A stretch of 64,000 nt of DNA from Longimicrobiales bacterium (GTDB taxonomy: Bacteria > Gemmatimonadota > Gemmatimonadetes > Longimicrobiales > Gaopeijiaceae). The notes beneath the pieces were generated by a model. It was not told the origin of the DNA, did not search any database, and was given only the letters and a program-made list of their open reading frames with translations. Shown here piece after piece: positions 20,248 through 30,002 of the stretch; position 1 is the first letter of the stretch; each line of letters begins with the position of its first letter. A program made the translations under genes and the position numbers. The stretch is taken from the NCBI GenBank assembly GCA_965197725.1, contig CBDANQ010000015.1, positions 11,175 through 75,174 of the forward strand. Direction: 5' to 3'.

Positions 20248-20340
20248 CGTGATCTCCATCGATTACCCGAGGTCAGAGGCCCGCGCCAGCGAGCCCGGTC
20301 AGTCGCGGCACCCCGAAAGGGGGCCGCCGTACCCGACCTA

Positions 20341-20619
20341 TCACACGAACTTGTACAGGATCGTGATGACGAGACCGAACAGCGCCGCTCCTTCGACCAG
20401 CGCCGCCAGGATGATCGCAGCCGTCTGGATCGCGGGACCAGCCTCGGGCTGACGTGCGATGCCCTGGGTCGCACCGTACCCGATCAGGCCGATGCCGATA
20501 CCCGCGCCAATCATCACGAGTCCGATGCCGATACCGGCACCGAGGAGACCTCCCCAGACCTTCGCGGCCTCGGCGTCCATGGCGACGTCCTGAACAACGA
20601 GCAGCATTCCGTGCAACAT
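20341..20619 (-). CDS. atpE: ATP synthase F0 subunit c
   Basis: GxGxGxG helix, ARQPEA loop and ALVEGAALF carboxylate. Confidence 0.96.
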   Translation of the reverse strand: MLHGMLLVVQDVAMDAEAAKVWGGLLGAGIGIGLVMIGAGIGIGLIGYGATQGIARQPEAGPAIQTAAIILAALVEGAALFGLVITILYKFV

Positions 20620-20664
20620 GTCGGTTTTCCCTTGAGAGGTTTGTCTAACGACTGTTGTGATCCA

Positions 20665-21537
20665 TCAATGCGCGTGGCGGATCAGACCAATGAAGACCGC
20701 GGTCAGCATCGCGAAGATGTATGCCTGGAGGAAGGCCACGAAGACCTCGAGAACCATCACGCCGAGCAACATACCCAACGACGCACCCGCAATCATGAAC
20801 TTCCCGATCGTGAGGTGCGCGAACAGGAAGATCATCCCGATGAGCGACAGGACGAGCGTGTGCCCGGCCGTCATATTCGCAAAAAGCCGGATCATCAGCG
20901 CGAACGGCTTGGTCAGCTTCCCCAAGAATTCCACTGGCGTCATGATCAGCATCAGGAGGGCTTGACCCGCCTTCGGCAGCCCGGGTGGAGCATAGAAGAT
21001 AGTCCCCATATAGCCCCTGAATCCCAACGTCCGCATCCCTGAAATCTCGACGACGACGAAGGTCACGAGGGCGAGCGCACCCGTGACGTTGAGGTTGCCG
21101 GTCGGCGACGCGCCGAACGGCATCACCCCGAGCATGTTCATAGTCAAGATGAAGAAGAAGATCGTCAGGATGTACGGCGTGTACGCGTCCCCCCCGTGCC
21201 CGATGTTGCGGCGGACGACCTCGTTCCTGAAGTAGACGACCAGCGCCTCCATCGCGTTCGCGAGGCCCTTCGGCGCGCTGTCCGTGTACCGGTTCCGCAT
21301 TGCGCGGCCAATGGGGAGGAAGACCGACACCACCAGGATCGCCGCCACGACGAGGAAGACCAGGTGCTTCGTCGGGGAGAGGTCGAGCTCCAGCGCGCCG
21401 ATGTGGATCGGCTCCAACTGCCACAAGTGCCACACCCACCCACGCCCGAGGATCTCGACCTCGATCTCGTTGCCGTCGCTGAGGTGGTGCATGAGCATCT
21501 CCCCGAGGTCGGGCGTGGCGTTCTCCTGGAGGCTCAC
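20665..21537 (-). CDS. atpB: ATP synthase F0 subunit a
   Basis: PTGNLNVT, KPFALMIRLFANMTAGH and LEVFVAFLQAYIF. Start GTG 21537. Confidence 0.96.
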   Translation of the reverse strand: MSLQENATPDLGEMLMHHLSDGNEIEVEILGRGWVWHLWQLEPIHIGALELDLSPTKHLVFLVVAAILVVSVFLPIGRAMRNRYTDSAPKGLANAMEALVVYFRNEVVRRNIGHGGDAYTPYILTIFFFILTMNMLGVMPFGASPTGNLNVTGALALVTFVVVEISGMRTLGFRGYMGTIFYAPPGLPKAGQALLMLIMTPVEFLGKLTKPFALMIRLFANMTAGHTLVLSLIGMIFLFAHLTIGKFMIAGASLGMLLGVMVLEVFVAFLQAYIFAMLTAVFIGLIRHAH

Positions 21538-21538
21538 G

Positions 21539-21907
21539 TCAGGTCGTCTCGCTCGCGTCGGGTTTGAAGTACATCGGCTCGAGTAGCAGAAGCCCGAAGA
21601 GGAAGCCAGCGAGGGCCAGCAATAGCGCGATCGACCCCTCGACGCCACGACTGATCGCTAGAAACGCGACGAGCCCCACGACCGTGAAGCGCAGCGCGGC
21701 GCCGCCCACCCAGACCCCGAGGAAACCGTTGGGCTTGCCTCGGAATCGCATCAGTGCCGCAAAGGCCACCCACTGGACAGGCAGTGCCACAGCGGCCGCG
21801 ATCAGAATCCCGAGCCGACTCGCCGGATCCAGGAACGGCCAGAGCGCGAGGATCACCACGGCGACGCCCGTGGCGCCCGCGCCGGCGTACTTGGCCTCGG
21901 GGCTCAT
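21539..21907 (-). CDS. ATP synthase protein I-like membrane protein
   Basis: Four hydrophobic segments (MSPEAKYAGAG...LLLLEPMYF) directly upstream of atpB. Confidence 0.7.
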   Translation of the reverse strand: MSPEAKYAGAGATGVAVVILALWPFLDPASRLGILIAAAVALPVQWVAFAALMRFRGKPNGFLGVWVGGAALRFTVVGLVAFLAISRGVEGSIALLLALAGFLFGLLLLEPMYFKPDASETT

Positions 21908-22155
21908 CGCGGGCCGTTCTCTCGCTGCCTGGGTTCGATCACGATGTGGTAGTACAGACTGTAAAAACCTGTGCCCGCGCCCACCGCCGCTCCCACAAGC
22001 ATCAAGAACGGCTTCGTGCCGAGCTTGGAGTCCAACCACGCTCCCCCACCCATGAAGAGCAGGATCGAAAGCGCAAAGGCCAAACCGAGGCCCATATGCC
22101 GGCCGGACGCCCGCACGATTTCCCGGGGGTCACTGCGCTGCTCGTCTCCGGCCAC
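21904..22155 (-). CDS. AtpZ/AtpI family protein
   Basis: GLGLAFALSILLFMGGGAWLDSKLGTKPFLMLVG has the GxxLDxxxGTxP signature. First gene of the atp operon; the start (GTG 22155) is uncertain. Confidence 0.8.
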   Translation of the reverse strand: MAGDEQRSDPREIVRASGRHMGLGLAFALSILLFMGGGAWLDSKLGTKPFLMLVGAAVGAGTGFYSLYYHIVIEPRQRENGPR

Positions 22156-22285
22156 AGCCCTGCTCCCTGGCGGCGGGCAAGTCGAGCCCAAAACGGACTC
22201 ACTACCCGCCATAGCCAGCACAAAATACCCCTTGTGAAAAAAAGAGCAAGCAGAATTCAGGCACGTTCGACAGTGCCAAGAGCGC

Positions 22286-22315
22286 TTGACGCGTGAAAAA
22301 ACGACCTCCTAATCT
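22286..22315 (+). promoter_or_regulatory. Putative sigma-70 promoter toward moxR
   Basis: TTGACG-N18-TAATCT in the AT-richer divergent intergenic region. Confidence 0.45.
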
Positions 22316-22493
22316 TGGCCACCGTGATAACCTCTTTGGCGACCCACGAATCCCGGCATGAACACCCGGATCAGCGAGAGGGCATCCGGGTATGTCGAGG
22401 GGCTGCCTCAGCAAGTATGGTCCCCACACTCCTACGAGTCTACCGGACCGGCGTCCCCCATCGAACGACCGGCATCGCCGGCCCAGCACAGGC

Positions 22494-23510
22494 ATGACAA
22501 CTACCCAACAGAGTGCGGTCCTCGACCGAGACCTGGAGCTGCTCGACCGAGTCGCGGAAGTCTCCGGTTTGATGCGCGCGGAGGTGGCCAAGCGCATCGT
22601 CGGCCAGCATGACGTCGTTGACGAGCTGCTGACGGCGCTCTTGGCGAACGGCCATGCGCTGCTGGTCGGCGTCCCGGGTTTGGGCAAGACGCTGCTCGTG
22701 CAGACGATCGCCGACGCCCTCGATCTCAAATTCAGCCGGATCCAGTTCACGCCGGATCTCATGCCAACCGACATCACAGGCACCGAAGTCATCGAGGAGG
22801 ACCGCACGACGGGGCGGCGCGTCTTCCGCTTCGTGAAAGGTCCGATCTTCGCCAACATCGTGCTCGCCGACGAGATCAACCGCACGCCCCCCAAGACCCA
22901 GGCCGCGCTGCTCGAAGCGATGCAGGAGCGGGCAGTGACCGCCGCGGGTGACACCTACGCGCTCGAACAGCCCTTCTTCGTGCTCGCCACGCAGAATCCC
23001 ATCGAACAAGAAGGGACGTACCCGCTTCCTGAGGCTCAGCTCGACCGCTTCATGCTCGAGCTCCCGATCTACTACCCTCCTCGCGACGAAGAAGAGGAGA
23101 TCGCGATGCGGACAACGGGGGAGGAAGAGCCGGAGGTGCTCCCGGTCCTGGCTGCGGCCGAGCTCATCGACTTGCAGCACCTCGTCCGCCGCATCCCCGC
23201 ACCGCCCTCCCTGGTCTCCTTCGCGGTGCGCCTCGCACGATCAACGCGACCGGGCGAGGAGGCCGCCTCGGTGAGCCAACAGTACGTCGCGTGGGGTGCC
23301 GGGCCGCGCGCTTCTCAGTACCTCGTGCTCGGCGCAAAGGCACGAGCGGCCTCGCGGGGTGCGGCCATCCCGTCGTATGATGACGTTCGAGTGATCGCGC
23401 CCGCCGTCCTCGCCCATCGGCTGGTCCTCAACTTCGAGGCCGAAGCCGACGGCCGCACGACGCGCGACGTGATCCGTGAGCTCCTCGAGGAGACCCGGGA
23501 TTGGAGCTAG
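22494..23510 (+). CDS. MoxR-family AAA+ ATPase
   Basis: GVPGLGKT, RIQFTPDLMPTDITG, LADEINRTPPKTQAALLEAMQE and ATQNPIEQEGTYPLPEAQLDRF. Confidence 0.95.
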   Translation: MTTTQQSAVLDRDLELLDRVAEVSGLMRAEVAKRIVGQHDVVDELLTALLANGHALLVGVPGLGKTLLVQTIADALDLKFSRIQFTPDLMPTDITGTEVIEEDRTTGRRVFRFVKGPIFANIVLADEINRTPPKTQAALLEAMQERAVTAAGDTYALEQPFFVLATQNPIEQEGTYPLPEAQLDRFMLELPIYYPPRDEEEEIAMRTTGEEEPEVLPVLAAAELIDLQHLVRRIPAPPSLVSFAVRLARSTRPGEEAASVSQQYVAWGAGPRASQYLVLGAKARAASRGAAIPSYDDVRVIAPAVLAHRLVLNFEAEADGRTTRDVIRELLEETRDWS

Positions 23511-23577
23511 ACCGAAGTAGTGGGTCGGGGGACCACCCTCCGAGTCCACGATTACGAAGTGAGCCCGGAGGCACGCC

Positions 23578-24843
23578 ATGATGGGCGCCGCGGCCGGAAT
23601 GATCGTGCTGTTCCTCATTCTGTCGGCTGCGCTCACCGCCGCGCACACCGCCGTGTTCCATATCGGCTCCTCGCGCGTCCGTACGCTCCAGGAGGAGGGC
23701 TTCACCGGATCCGATGCTCTGGGCGAGGTCCGAGCGAATCCGAGCGCCGTTGAATGGAGCGTGCGGCTCACTACAGGCGTGCTCAACCTCGGTGCCCTCG
23801 GCGTCGGGGTCAGCACGGGCGCGATGACCTGGGGACGCGGCGGGCCGATTGCCGACGTGCTCATCGGGATCGTGGTGATCGTCGGCTTCACGGACATCGT
23901 ACCGCGCAGCATCGCGGCACGGCACCCGGTGCGGCTAGCCCTAGGGTCGGCCTCGACGCTGCTCACGTTGAGCAAGTGGACGCGATTCATGGGGGGCGCC
24001 GTCTCCAGACTCGAAATCGCTCTCGTACGTGACGGAAGCGACGAGCTCAGCACCGAGGAGCGAGAACTGCGTGAGCTACAAGAGATCGGGCAGGAGGCGG
24101 GCATTCTCGAGGAGTCCGAGAACCGTCTGGTCGAGCGGGCGTTCAGACTCGACGAACTCACCGCATGGGACGTCATGGTCCCACGCGTCGACATCTTCGC
24201 TTGGAAGCGAGAACTCACCGTCGCCGACGTCCTCGACGGACTCGAGGATCTTCCGTACAGCCGCGTACCGGTGTACCGGAAGTCCGTCGACGACGTGACG
24301 GGCATCGTATACGTGCGCGAACTGTACGAGCGCGTCGCGGCCGGACAGCGGGACGTGAAGCTCGGCGAGCTCTCGCACGCGCCGTTTTTTGTCCCGGGAT
24401 CACTCTCCTGCGCCCAGCTGCTGCGCGACTTTCAGGCCCGGCGTATCCACATGGGCCTCGTCGCGGACGAGTTCGGTGGCACCGACGGACTCGTGACGCT
24501 CGAAGACGTGCTCGAACAGCTCGTAGGCGAGATCCACGACGAGACGGACGTCACGGAGCAGGAGGTCCTTCGGCTCTCCGAGACTCAGCTCGAATGCGAT
24601 GCGGGCGTGGACGTGCGCGAGATCAACGAGGCTTTGAACGTCTCGCTACCCAAGCACGAACATCGGTCCCTGAACGGTATGATCCTGGAGGAACTCGGGC
24701 ACGTGCCTGCGCGGGGAGACGGCTTCGAGGCCGCCGGAGTTCGCATCTACATCGTGGCAGCGAGCGAAACCCAAGTGCTGCGAGCCAGGGTTACCCGTCT
24801 CCCGGCGCCGCGCGTTCCGACCGATCACTTAGAAGGCTGTTGA
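23578..24843 (+). CDS. Hemolysin-family CNNM/CBS/CorC-HlyC transporter-associated protein
   Basis: N-terminal TM domain, VMVPRVDI, YSRVPVY, DEFGGTDGLVTLEDVLEQLVGEIHDE and a C-terminal CorC domain. Confidence 0.92.
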   Translation: MMGAAAGMIVLFLILSAALTAAHTAVFHIGSSRVRTLQEEGFTGSDALGEVRANPSAVEWSVRLTTGVLNLGALGVGVSTGAMTWGRGGPIADVLIGIVVIVGFTDIVPRSIAARHPVRLALGSASTLLTLSKWTRFMGGAVSRLEIALVRDGSDELSTEERELRELQEIGQEAGILEESENRLVERAFRLDELTAWDVMVPRVDIFAWKRELTVADVLDGLEDLPYSRVPVYRKSVDDVTGIVYVRELYERVAAGQRDVKLGELSHAPFFVPGSLSCAQLLRDFQARRIHMGLVADEFGGTDGLVTLEDVLEQLVGEIHDETDVTEQEVLRLSETQLECDAGVDVREINEALNVSLPKHEHRSLNGMILEELGHVPARGDGFEAAGVRIYIVAASETQVLRARVTRLPAPRVPTDHLEGC

Positions 24844-24890
24844 AGAAGTAGAGTGGGCCGCGCGCCCACGTTACGGAAAAGGCGATCCGC

Positions 24891-25697
24891 CTAGAGTCCG
24901 ACGACTCGCGTTAGATACCATGAGAGCATCTGCTCACCCCACGCGTACGAGATCGCCGCCGCCGCCGCGAGGAAGACGCCGAGGGGAATCAGACGCTTCG
25001 AGATCGTTGAGATGGGGCCGAAGACCAACAGCGCCAAGAGCGAACCGATGAACACCGTCTGGGCGACGCCCCAAACTCCGATGAAGGCGCCCACCATCAT
25101 CATCATCTTGATGTCGCCGCCACCCATCGCCTGGTCTACCCCGGCTTCTTCAAGGCGGCCCGGCGAGAGCTTCTTGATCATCCACGTGCCACTGACCGCT
25201 ACGAGCCAGAGAACCGCATATCCAACCGCCGCACCGATGATCGAGTCGACCCAGTCGATGCCACCCGGAAGAAACGCCATCCCGACTCCGACGACAGCGC
25301 CCCCGATCGAAAACTGATTCGGGATGATGTAGAAGCGAGCGTCTGAGATCGAGATCCCGAAGAGGATCCATAGGAAGACGCCGCCGCGCAGCGCTTCGGG
25401 CGTCGCACCGTGCGCGGCAAAGACGCCCGCCCAGATAAGCGCGCTCGTCAGCTCCACGAGAGGGTACTGGATCGAGATCGGTTCGGAACAGAATCGACAC
25501 TTCGCCCGGAGAATCATCCAACTCAGAACCGGAATATTGTTGTACCACTGCACCGATTTCAGACACTTCGGGCACCTCGAGCCAGGCGAGACGATCGACT
25601 CGTCCTGGGGCCAACGCAGCGTGCAGACGTTGAGGAACGAGCCCACGACGAGCCCAAAGAGACCGGCCATGATCGGGACCAACGATGCCTCCATCAC
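24891..25697 (-). CDS. pilD: Prepilin peptidase / N-methyltransferase (A24A)
   Basis: GSFLNVC, SRCPKC...KCRFC zinc site, SISDARFYIIP and MGGGDIK. Confidence 0.93.
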   Translation of the reverse strand: MMEASLVPIMAGLFGLVVGSFLNVCTLRWPQDESIVSPGSRCPKCLKSVQWYNNIPVLSWMILRAKCRFCSEPISIQYPLVELTSALIWAGVFAAHGATPEALRGGVFLWILFGISISDARFYIIPNQFSIGGAVVGVGMAFLPGGIDWVDSIIGAAVGYAVLWLVAVSGTWMIKKLSPGRLEEAGVDQAMGGGDIKMMMMVGAFIGVWGVAQTVFIGSLLALLVFGPISTISKRLIPLGVFLAAAAAISYAWGEQMLSWYLTRVVGL

Positions 25698-26479
25698 GCA
25701 CTCGACTCCTTCGTCAGCTCATAGAGCAATACCGACCCCGCCATCCCGACGTTCAACGATTCGGCGGGTCCCCACATCGGGATCGACACCGTGCTCGTCG
25801 CCGCATCTTTCAGCTCGTCGCGGACGCCGGCTCCTTCATTCCCCACGATCAGCGCGAAACCGGCCCGACGCTCGTCTCGCCTAACCGGCTCGCCGCCCGC
25901 GGCCGCGACGCGCAACGGGACTCCAGCGTGCTGGAGCGCGGCGACGGCGTCGAGCAAACACGCCCGAATCACCGGAATTCGAAACGCCATGCCGGCGGAC
26001 GCCCGTACCGTCTTGGGCGCCCAAGGGTCCGCCGTCCCCTCGAGCGCGATTACCGCATCGAGGCCAAAGGCGACCGAGGCTCGCACGAGTGTGCCCGTGT
26101 TGCCCGGGTCCTGGACGCCGTCAAGAACCAGGAGCCGCACCCCTGCCTCCACCAGGTCGAGCGAAGCGCGAGGCTCGCCACACACGAGCAGGATTCCCTG
26201 GGGGTGCTCGGTATCGGCCAGCTCGCTCAATTCGGCGTCGTCGATGGTGTGGAGCTCGAGATCCGTCGCCGCTAGCCGCGTCGCGAGTGCAGAGCCGCCA
26301 CTGGTATGTCCGAGCCTCGGGGAGGTCACGGCGAAGCGGCCGTTCGCCCCCGCGTCGAGCGCCTCCGTTACCGCCCGCACGCCTTCGACGAGCACGAGCG
26401 ACTCCTTCCTTCTCGACTTGGGAGTCCGCAGTCGCCCGACCAAACGGGTTCGACGCTGGCTCAAGCTCACCTGTACCAC
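25694..26479 (-). CDS. TrmH/SpoU-family RNA 2'-O-methyltransferase
   Basis: LDGVQDPGNTGTLVR, VGNEGAGV and IPMWGPAESLNVGMA. Confidence 0.93.
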   Translation of the reverse strand: MVQVSLSQRRTRLVGRLRTPKSRRKESLVLVEGVRAVTEALDAGANGRFAVTSPRLGHTSGGSALATRLAATDLELHTIDDAELSELADTEHPQGILLVCGEPRASLDLVEAGVRLLVLDGVQDPGNTGTLVRASVAFGLDAVIALEGTADPWAPKTVRASAGMAFRIPVIRACLLDAVAALQHAGVPLRVAAAGGEPVRRDERRAGFALIVGNEGAGVRDELKDAATSTVSIPMWGPAESLNVGMAGSVLLYELTKESSA

Positions 26480-26529
26480 GACTTTTTTCTATGGCCCACC
26501 GTCCCTACACCTGACGACAAGACGCGAAG

Positions 26530-27342
26530 ATGACCATCGATCAGGCGCATCAGCCGCACCAGCCCGTTGCTCTCACGATCGCGGGCAGCGACAGCGGGGG
26601 TGGCGCCGGCATCCAGGCAGACCTCAAGACATTCCAATCGTTCGGTGTGTACGGAACGAGCGCGGTTACGGCGATCACGGCCCAAAACACCCTCGGAGTG
26701 CACAGAATCCACCCGGTGCCTCTCCAGGACGTGCGCGCCCAGATCGACGCGGTCGTCGCGGATCTCCGACCCCAGGCGTTCAAGACCGGAATGTTGGCGA
26801 ACGCCGCGCTGGTATCGGAGGTCGCGGACGCCATCGAAGCGCACGCGCTGGGCCGCTACGTCCTGGATCCGGTCATGGTCGCCACCGGCGGAGCACGGTT
26901 GCTCGATTCCGACGCACAAGCCTCTCTCGTCACGAGGCTCTTGCCCTTGGCCATGCTGGTCACGCCGAACCTGCACGAGGCCGCGATCCTGGTAGGAGAG
27001 CCGCTCGAGACCGCCGGGCGCATGAGTGAGGCAGCCCGGAGACTCGTCGAATTGGGAGCGGGTGCCGCACTCATCAAGGGCGGACATCTCGACGGAGACG
27101 CAGTCGACGTGCTCTGGGACGGTGTCGAAGAGCGGGTCTGGCAGCGGCCCCGCATCGACACCCCTCACACCCACGGTACTGGATGCACGCTCGCGGCCGC
27201 CGCCGCCGCGGGGCTCGCGCTTGGAGAGTCCGTACACGGCGCCGTCGAACGGGCGATCCGCTTCGTCGTGCGCGCGATCGAGTCGGCTCCGGGGCTGGGT
27301 GGGGGCCACGGACCTCTGAATCACTCCGTGTCCTCAGAGTAG
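26530..27342 (+). CDS. thiD: Hydroxymethylpyrimidine/phosphomethylpyrimidine kinase
   Basis: [43 protein letters not shown] and HTHGTGCTL. Confidence 0.97.
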   Translation: MTIDQAHQPHQPVALTIAGSDSGGGAGIQADLKTFQSFGVYGTSAVTAITAQNTLGVHRIHPVPLQDVRAQIDAVVADLRPQAFKTGMLANAALVSEVADAIEAHALGRYVLDPVMVATGGARLLDSDAQASLVTRLLPLAMLVTPNLHEAAILVGEPLETAGRMSEAARRLVELGAGAALIKGGHLDGDAVDVLWDGVEERVWQRPRIDTPHTHGTGCTLAAAAAAGLALGESVHGAVERAIRFVVRAIESAPGLGGGHGPLNHSVSSE

Positions 27343-28178
27343 CCGGTCGCCTCGAGTCGCCCGAGGACCCCGCTGAGTAGCAGCCCCAGCCGCGCGCCCG
27401 CCACGCGACCCACCTCGATTACCTCTTCATGGCCGATCGGCTCCGGGATCACCTTTTCGTGGCCTATCGGCTCCGGGCTGAGACCGGTCCCCTTGTTGGT
27501 GACCATCGAGACGCCCAGGCAGCGGAGTCCCGCCGCGCGCGCTACGGTCACCTCCGGTACGGTCGACATGCCGACCACGTGCGCGCCGAGGCCAGCGAGC
27601 ATACGGACCTCGGCAGCGGTCTCGTACGACGGCCCGAGAACAGCCGCATACGTGCCTCGTGTGAGCTCGATACCGAGGTCGGCAGCCACCTCCAGAGCAA
27701 GGCGCTGGAGCTCGACGTCGTACGGCGCGCTCATGTCCGGAAAGCGCTCTTCTCCAACGTGCACCGGCCCCGCAAGGGGGCTCCGAAACGTCAGGTTGAT
27801 CTGATCCTCGATGAGGAGGAGGTCCCCAGGTCCGAGCTTTCCGTCGATTCCACCGGCTGCGTTGCTCGCGACGAGCACCTCAACACCGAGCGCCGCGGCG
27901 ACTCGAACCGGAGCGACGACCACCTCCATGGGGTGTCCCTCATACGCGTGGTACCGCCCCGCTTGCAGCAGGACAGGTGTGCCGTCGAGGTGCCCGGACA
28001 CGTACGCCCCGCTGTGTCCTTCGACGCCCGATGGCGGAAAACCCGGGACTTCCTCGAAGGACACGGTCGTGGCGTCGCTCACCTGCGTCGCAAGGTGGCC
28101 GAGTCCCGAGCCGAGTATCACCTGGACGGAGGGAGTCAAGGGCAGCCGGCCACGCAGAAAGTCCGCGGCGGCTTCCAC
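27321..28178 (-). CDS. Purine-nucleoside phosphorylase (trimeric PNP-I type)
   Basis: ILGSGLG, VEGHSG, GRYHAYEG, NAAGG, GPSYETAAEV, VGMSTVPE and VTN. Start approximate. Confidence 0.93.
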   Translation of the reverse strand: MEAAADFLRGRLPLTPSVQVILGSGLGHLATQVSDATTVSFEEVPGFPPSGVEGHSGAYVSGHLDGTPVLLQAGRYHAYEGHPMEVVVAPVRVAAALGVEVLVASNAAGGIDGKLGPGDLLLIEDQINLTFRSPLAGPVHVGEERFPDMSAPYDVELQRLALEVAADLGIELTRGTYAAVLGPSYETAAEVRMLAGLGAHVVGMSTVPEVTVARAAGLRCLGVSMVTNKGTGLSPEPIGHEKVIPEPIGHEEVIEVGRVAGARLGLLLSGVLGRLEATGYSEDTE

Positions 28179-28207
28179 ATCGACCGTAGCGACCGTGCTC
28201 TCCCGGC

Positions 28208-29686
28208 TCAGAGGATCATCCCCGCGACCGTAGCGGTCATGAACGCGGCGATCGATCCCGCGATCATGGCGCGGAGGCCCAACCGCGACAGATCGTGCCT
28301 GCGTGAAGGCGCGATGCCTCCGATCCCGCCGAGCTGGATCGCGATCGATGAGAAATTCGCGAACCCAGAGAGCGCGTACGTGGCGATGACGATCGAGCGC
28401 GGCTGCAACTGGTGCCCACCTCCGAGCGTCGCGGCCAACTGGAAGTATGCGACGAACTCGTTGAGTACCGTCTTGACGCCCATCAGGGAAGCGACCACCG
28501 GCGCGTCCACCCAGGGCACGCCCATCAGCCAGGCGATCGGCGACAGAACCCATCCGAGAATCCATTCGAACGTGAGCATTTCGAGGCCGACGAGGCCGCC
28601 GATCCACCCCAGCATGCCGTTCATCAAGTACACCAACGCAAGGAAGGCCAGCAGCATCGCGCCCACGTTCAGCGCCAGATGGAGCCCTTCGGAAGCGCCC
28701 CGCGCGGCCGCGTCGATGACGTTTACATCGGGTTTATTGATGTCGACCTCGAGCTTACCGGCCGTCTCCGGTGTTTCGTCCTCCGGGTACATGAGCTTGG
28801 CGACCACGAGCGCGGCCGGGGCCGACATCACAGAGGCGGCCATGAGGTGGCCCGCGATGTCAGGGAAGTAAGCCACCAGAATTCCCACGTACGCTGCGAG
28901 AACGCCGCCCGCGACGGTCGCGAAGCCACCGGTCATCACAGCCATCAACTCCGACATCGTCATGCGATCGAGGAACGGCTTGATCAAGAGAGGAGCTTCG
29001 GTCTGGCCCACGAAGATGTTGCCGGCCGCGGACAGCGTCTCCGCACCCGACGTCTTCATCGTCCGTTGCATGACGAGGGCCATGCCTTTCACCGCGATTT
29101 GCATGATGCTCACGTGATACAGCACCGTCATCAGCGACGAAAAGAAGATGATCGTCGGCAGGACGTTGAACGCGAAGAACGCACCGGTATTCGCCACCTG
29201 ACCCGGTGTCGCCACGAAGTCGCCCTGGCCCACCGTCCCGGCGCCCACCGGCACGTTGTCGTAGACAAGGTCACCGAAGATGAAGCTCGCGCCTTCCACC
29301 GTGAAGCCGAGCAACGCGATCACGACCCGGTTCATCACACCGAAGACCTCGGTTCCGACCGGCGTCTTCAGAATCAGGAACGCGAAGAGGATCTGGAGAG
29401 AGATGCCCCAGATCACGACGCGCCAGGGGATGTTCTTGCGGTCGACGCTCATGAGCCAAGCCACCAGCGCCAACAGGAAGAGGCCGAGAATCGAACGCAG
29501 CCGGTCGAGCAGTGGCGTGCCGAGCGAGCCCTCCGGAACGCTGATCTGGGCGCTAGCCTGAATCGTGGCGACCGGGGCCGTCGATGTGGCCGCGGCCTCG
29601 GCACCGAGTGACGTCCAGGCACCGGTGACGATCAGGATCGCCGCGCACGTCCACAGAACGCCAACTCTGGGACTCGGTCGCTTCAT
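28208..29686 (-). CDS. nupC: Concentrative nucleoside transporter (NupC/CNT family)
   Basis: FAFNVLPTIIFFSSL, GNIFVGQTEAPL, GGFATVAGGV, LNEFVAY and GFANFSSIAIQLGGIG. Confidence 0.93.
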   Translation of the reverse strand: MKRPSPRVGVLWTCAAILIVTGAWTSLGAEAAATSTAPVATIQASAQISVPEGSLGTPLLDRLRSILGLFLLALVAWLMSVDRKNIPWRVVIWGISLQILFAFLILKTPVGTEVFGVMNRVVIALLGFTVEGASFIFGDLVYDNVPVGAGTVGQGDFVATPGQVANTGAFFAFNVLPTIIFFSSLMTVLYHVSIMQIAVKGMALVMQRTMKTSGAETLSAAGNIFVGQTEAPLLIKPFLDRMTMSELMAVMTGGFATVAGGVLAAYVGILVAYFPDIAGHLMAASVMSAPAALVVAKLMYPEDETPETAGKLEVDINKPDVNVIDAAARGASEGLHLALNVGAMLLAFLALVYLMNGMLGWIGGLVGLEMLTFEWILGWVLSPIAWLMGVPWVDAPVVASLMGVKTVLNEFVAYFQLAATLGGGHQLQPRSIVIATYALSGFANFSSIAIQLGGIGGIAPSRRHDLSRLGLRAMIAGSIAAFMTATVAGMIL

Positions 29687-29783
29687 CTAGGAGCAGTCCT
29701 CGTGAGCGGTGGGTTGGCGGGCGCAATATCAGCCGCCCGCGCCATCACCACCAGCCGCGATGATGCGATCGGCGCGGCTCAGG

Positions 29784-29831
29784 CTGCCGTTTTGGCAGCC
29801 CTTGCCCCCCACAAGCCCGCCAGACCGGCGG
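29784..29831. promoter_or_regulatory. Two GCC-N5-GGC palindromes upstream of the dnaK sigma-54 promoter (candidate activator sites)
   Basis: CTGCCGTTTTGGCAG (29784-29798) and CCGCCAGACCGGCGG (29817-29831), centres 33 nt apart. A similar palindrome lies upstream of hslV. Confidence 0.5.
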
Positions 29832-29849
29832 ACTTTTTGCCCCCGCTAC

Positions 29850-29865
29850 CGGCATGGGGCTTGCA
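29850..29865 (+). promoter_or_regulatory. Sigma-54 (-24/-12) promoter upstream of dnaK
   Basis: CGGCATGGGGCTTGCA: GG-N10-GC with GGCA and TTGCA cores. Confidence 0.65.
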
Positions 29866-30002
29866 TTTCCCGTGCTGTGACGCCGGGTCGTTGACGACCA
29901 CGCGCGTATCCGCCGGCCCTAGCCGGCGCTTCCAAAAGATCGCTCGATCACGGGGGCCGGCCGGCCCCCGACGGGCTCCAACGGCAACGAGAAGAGGAGA
30001 GC

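Noticed and set aside
20341..20619. Possible Na+-coupled ATP synthase
   Set aside because: Subunit c has E-G-A and lacks the Q...E-S/T sodium-binding signature, so it is consistent with H+ coupling.
22494..23510. MoxR without adjacent VWA/DUF58 partners
   Set aside because: The partners may be encoded elsewhere. Nothing in the window supports a novel system.
29826..29841. Second GG-N10-GC match (CGGCGGACTTTTTGC) upstream of dnaK
   Set aside because: Weaker -24 context, and it overlaps the palindrome. The downstream motif fits consensus better and matches the hslV spacing.
29690..30002. CIRCE/HrcA operator before dnaK
   Set aside because: No TTAGCACTC-N9-GAGTGCTAA seen on either strand.
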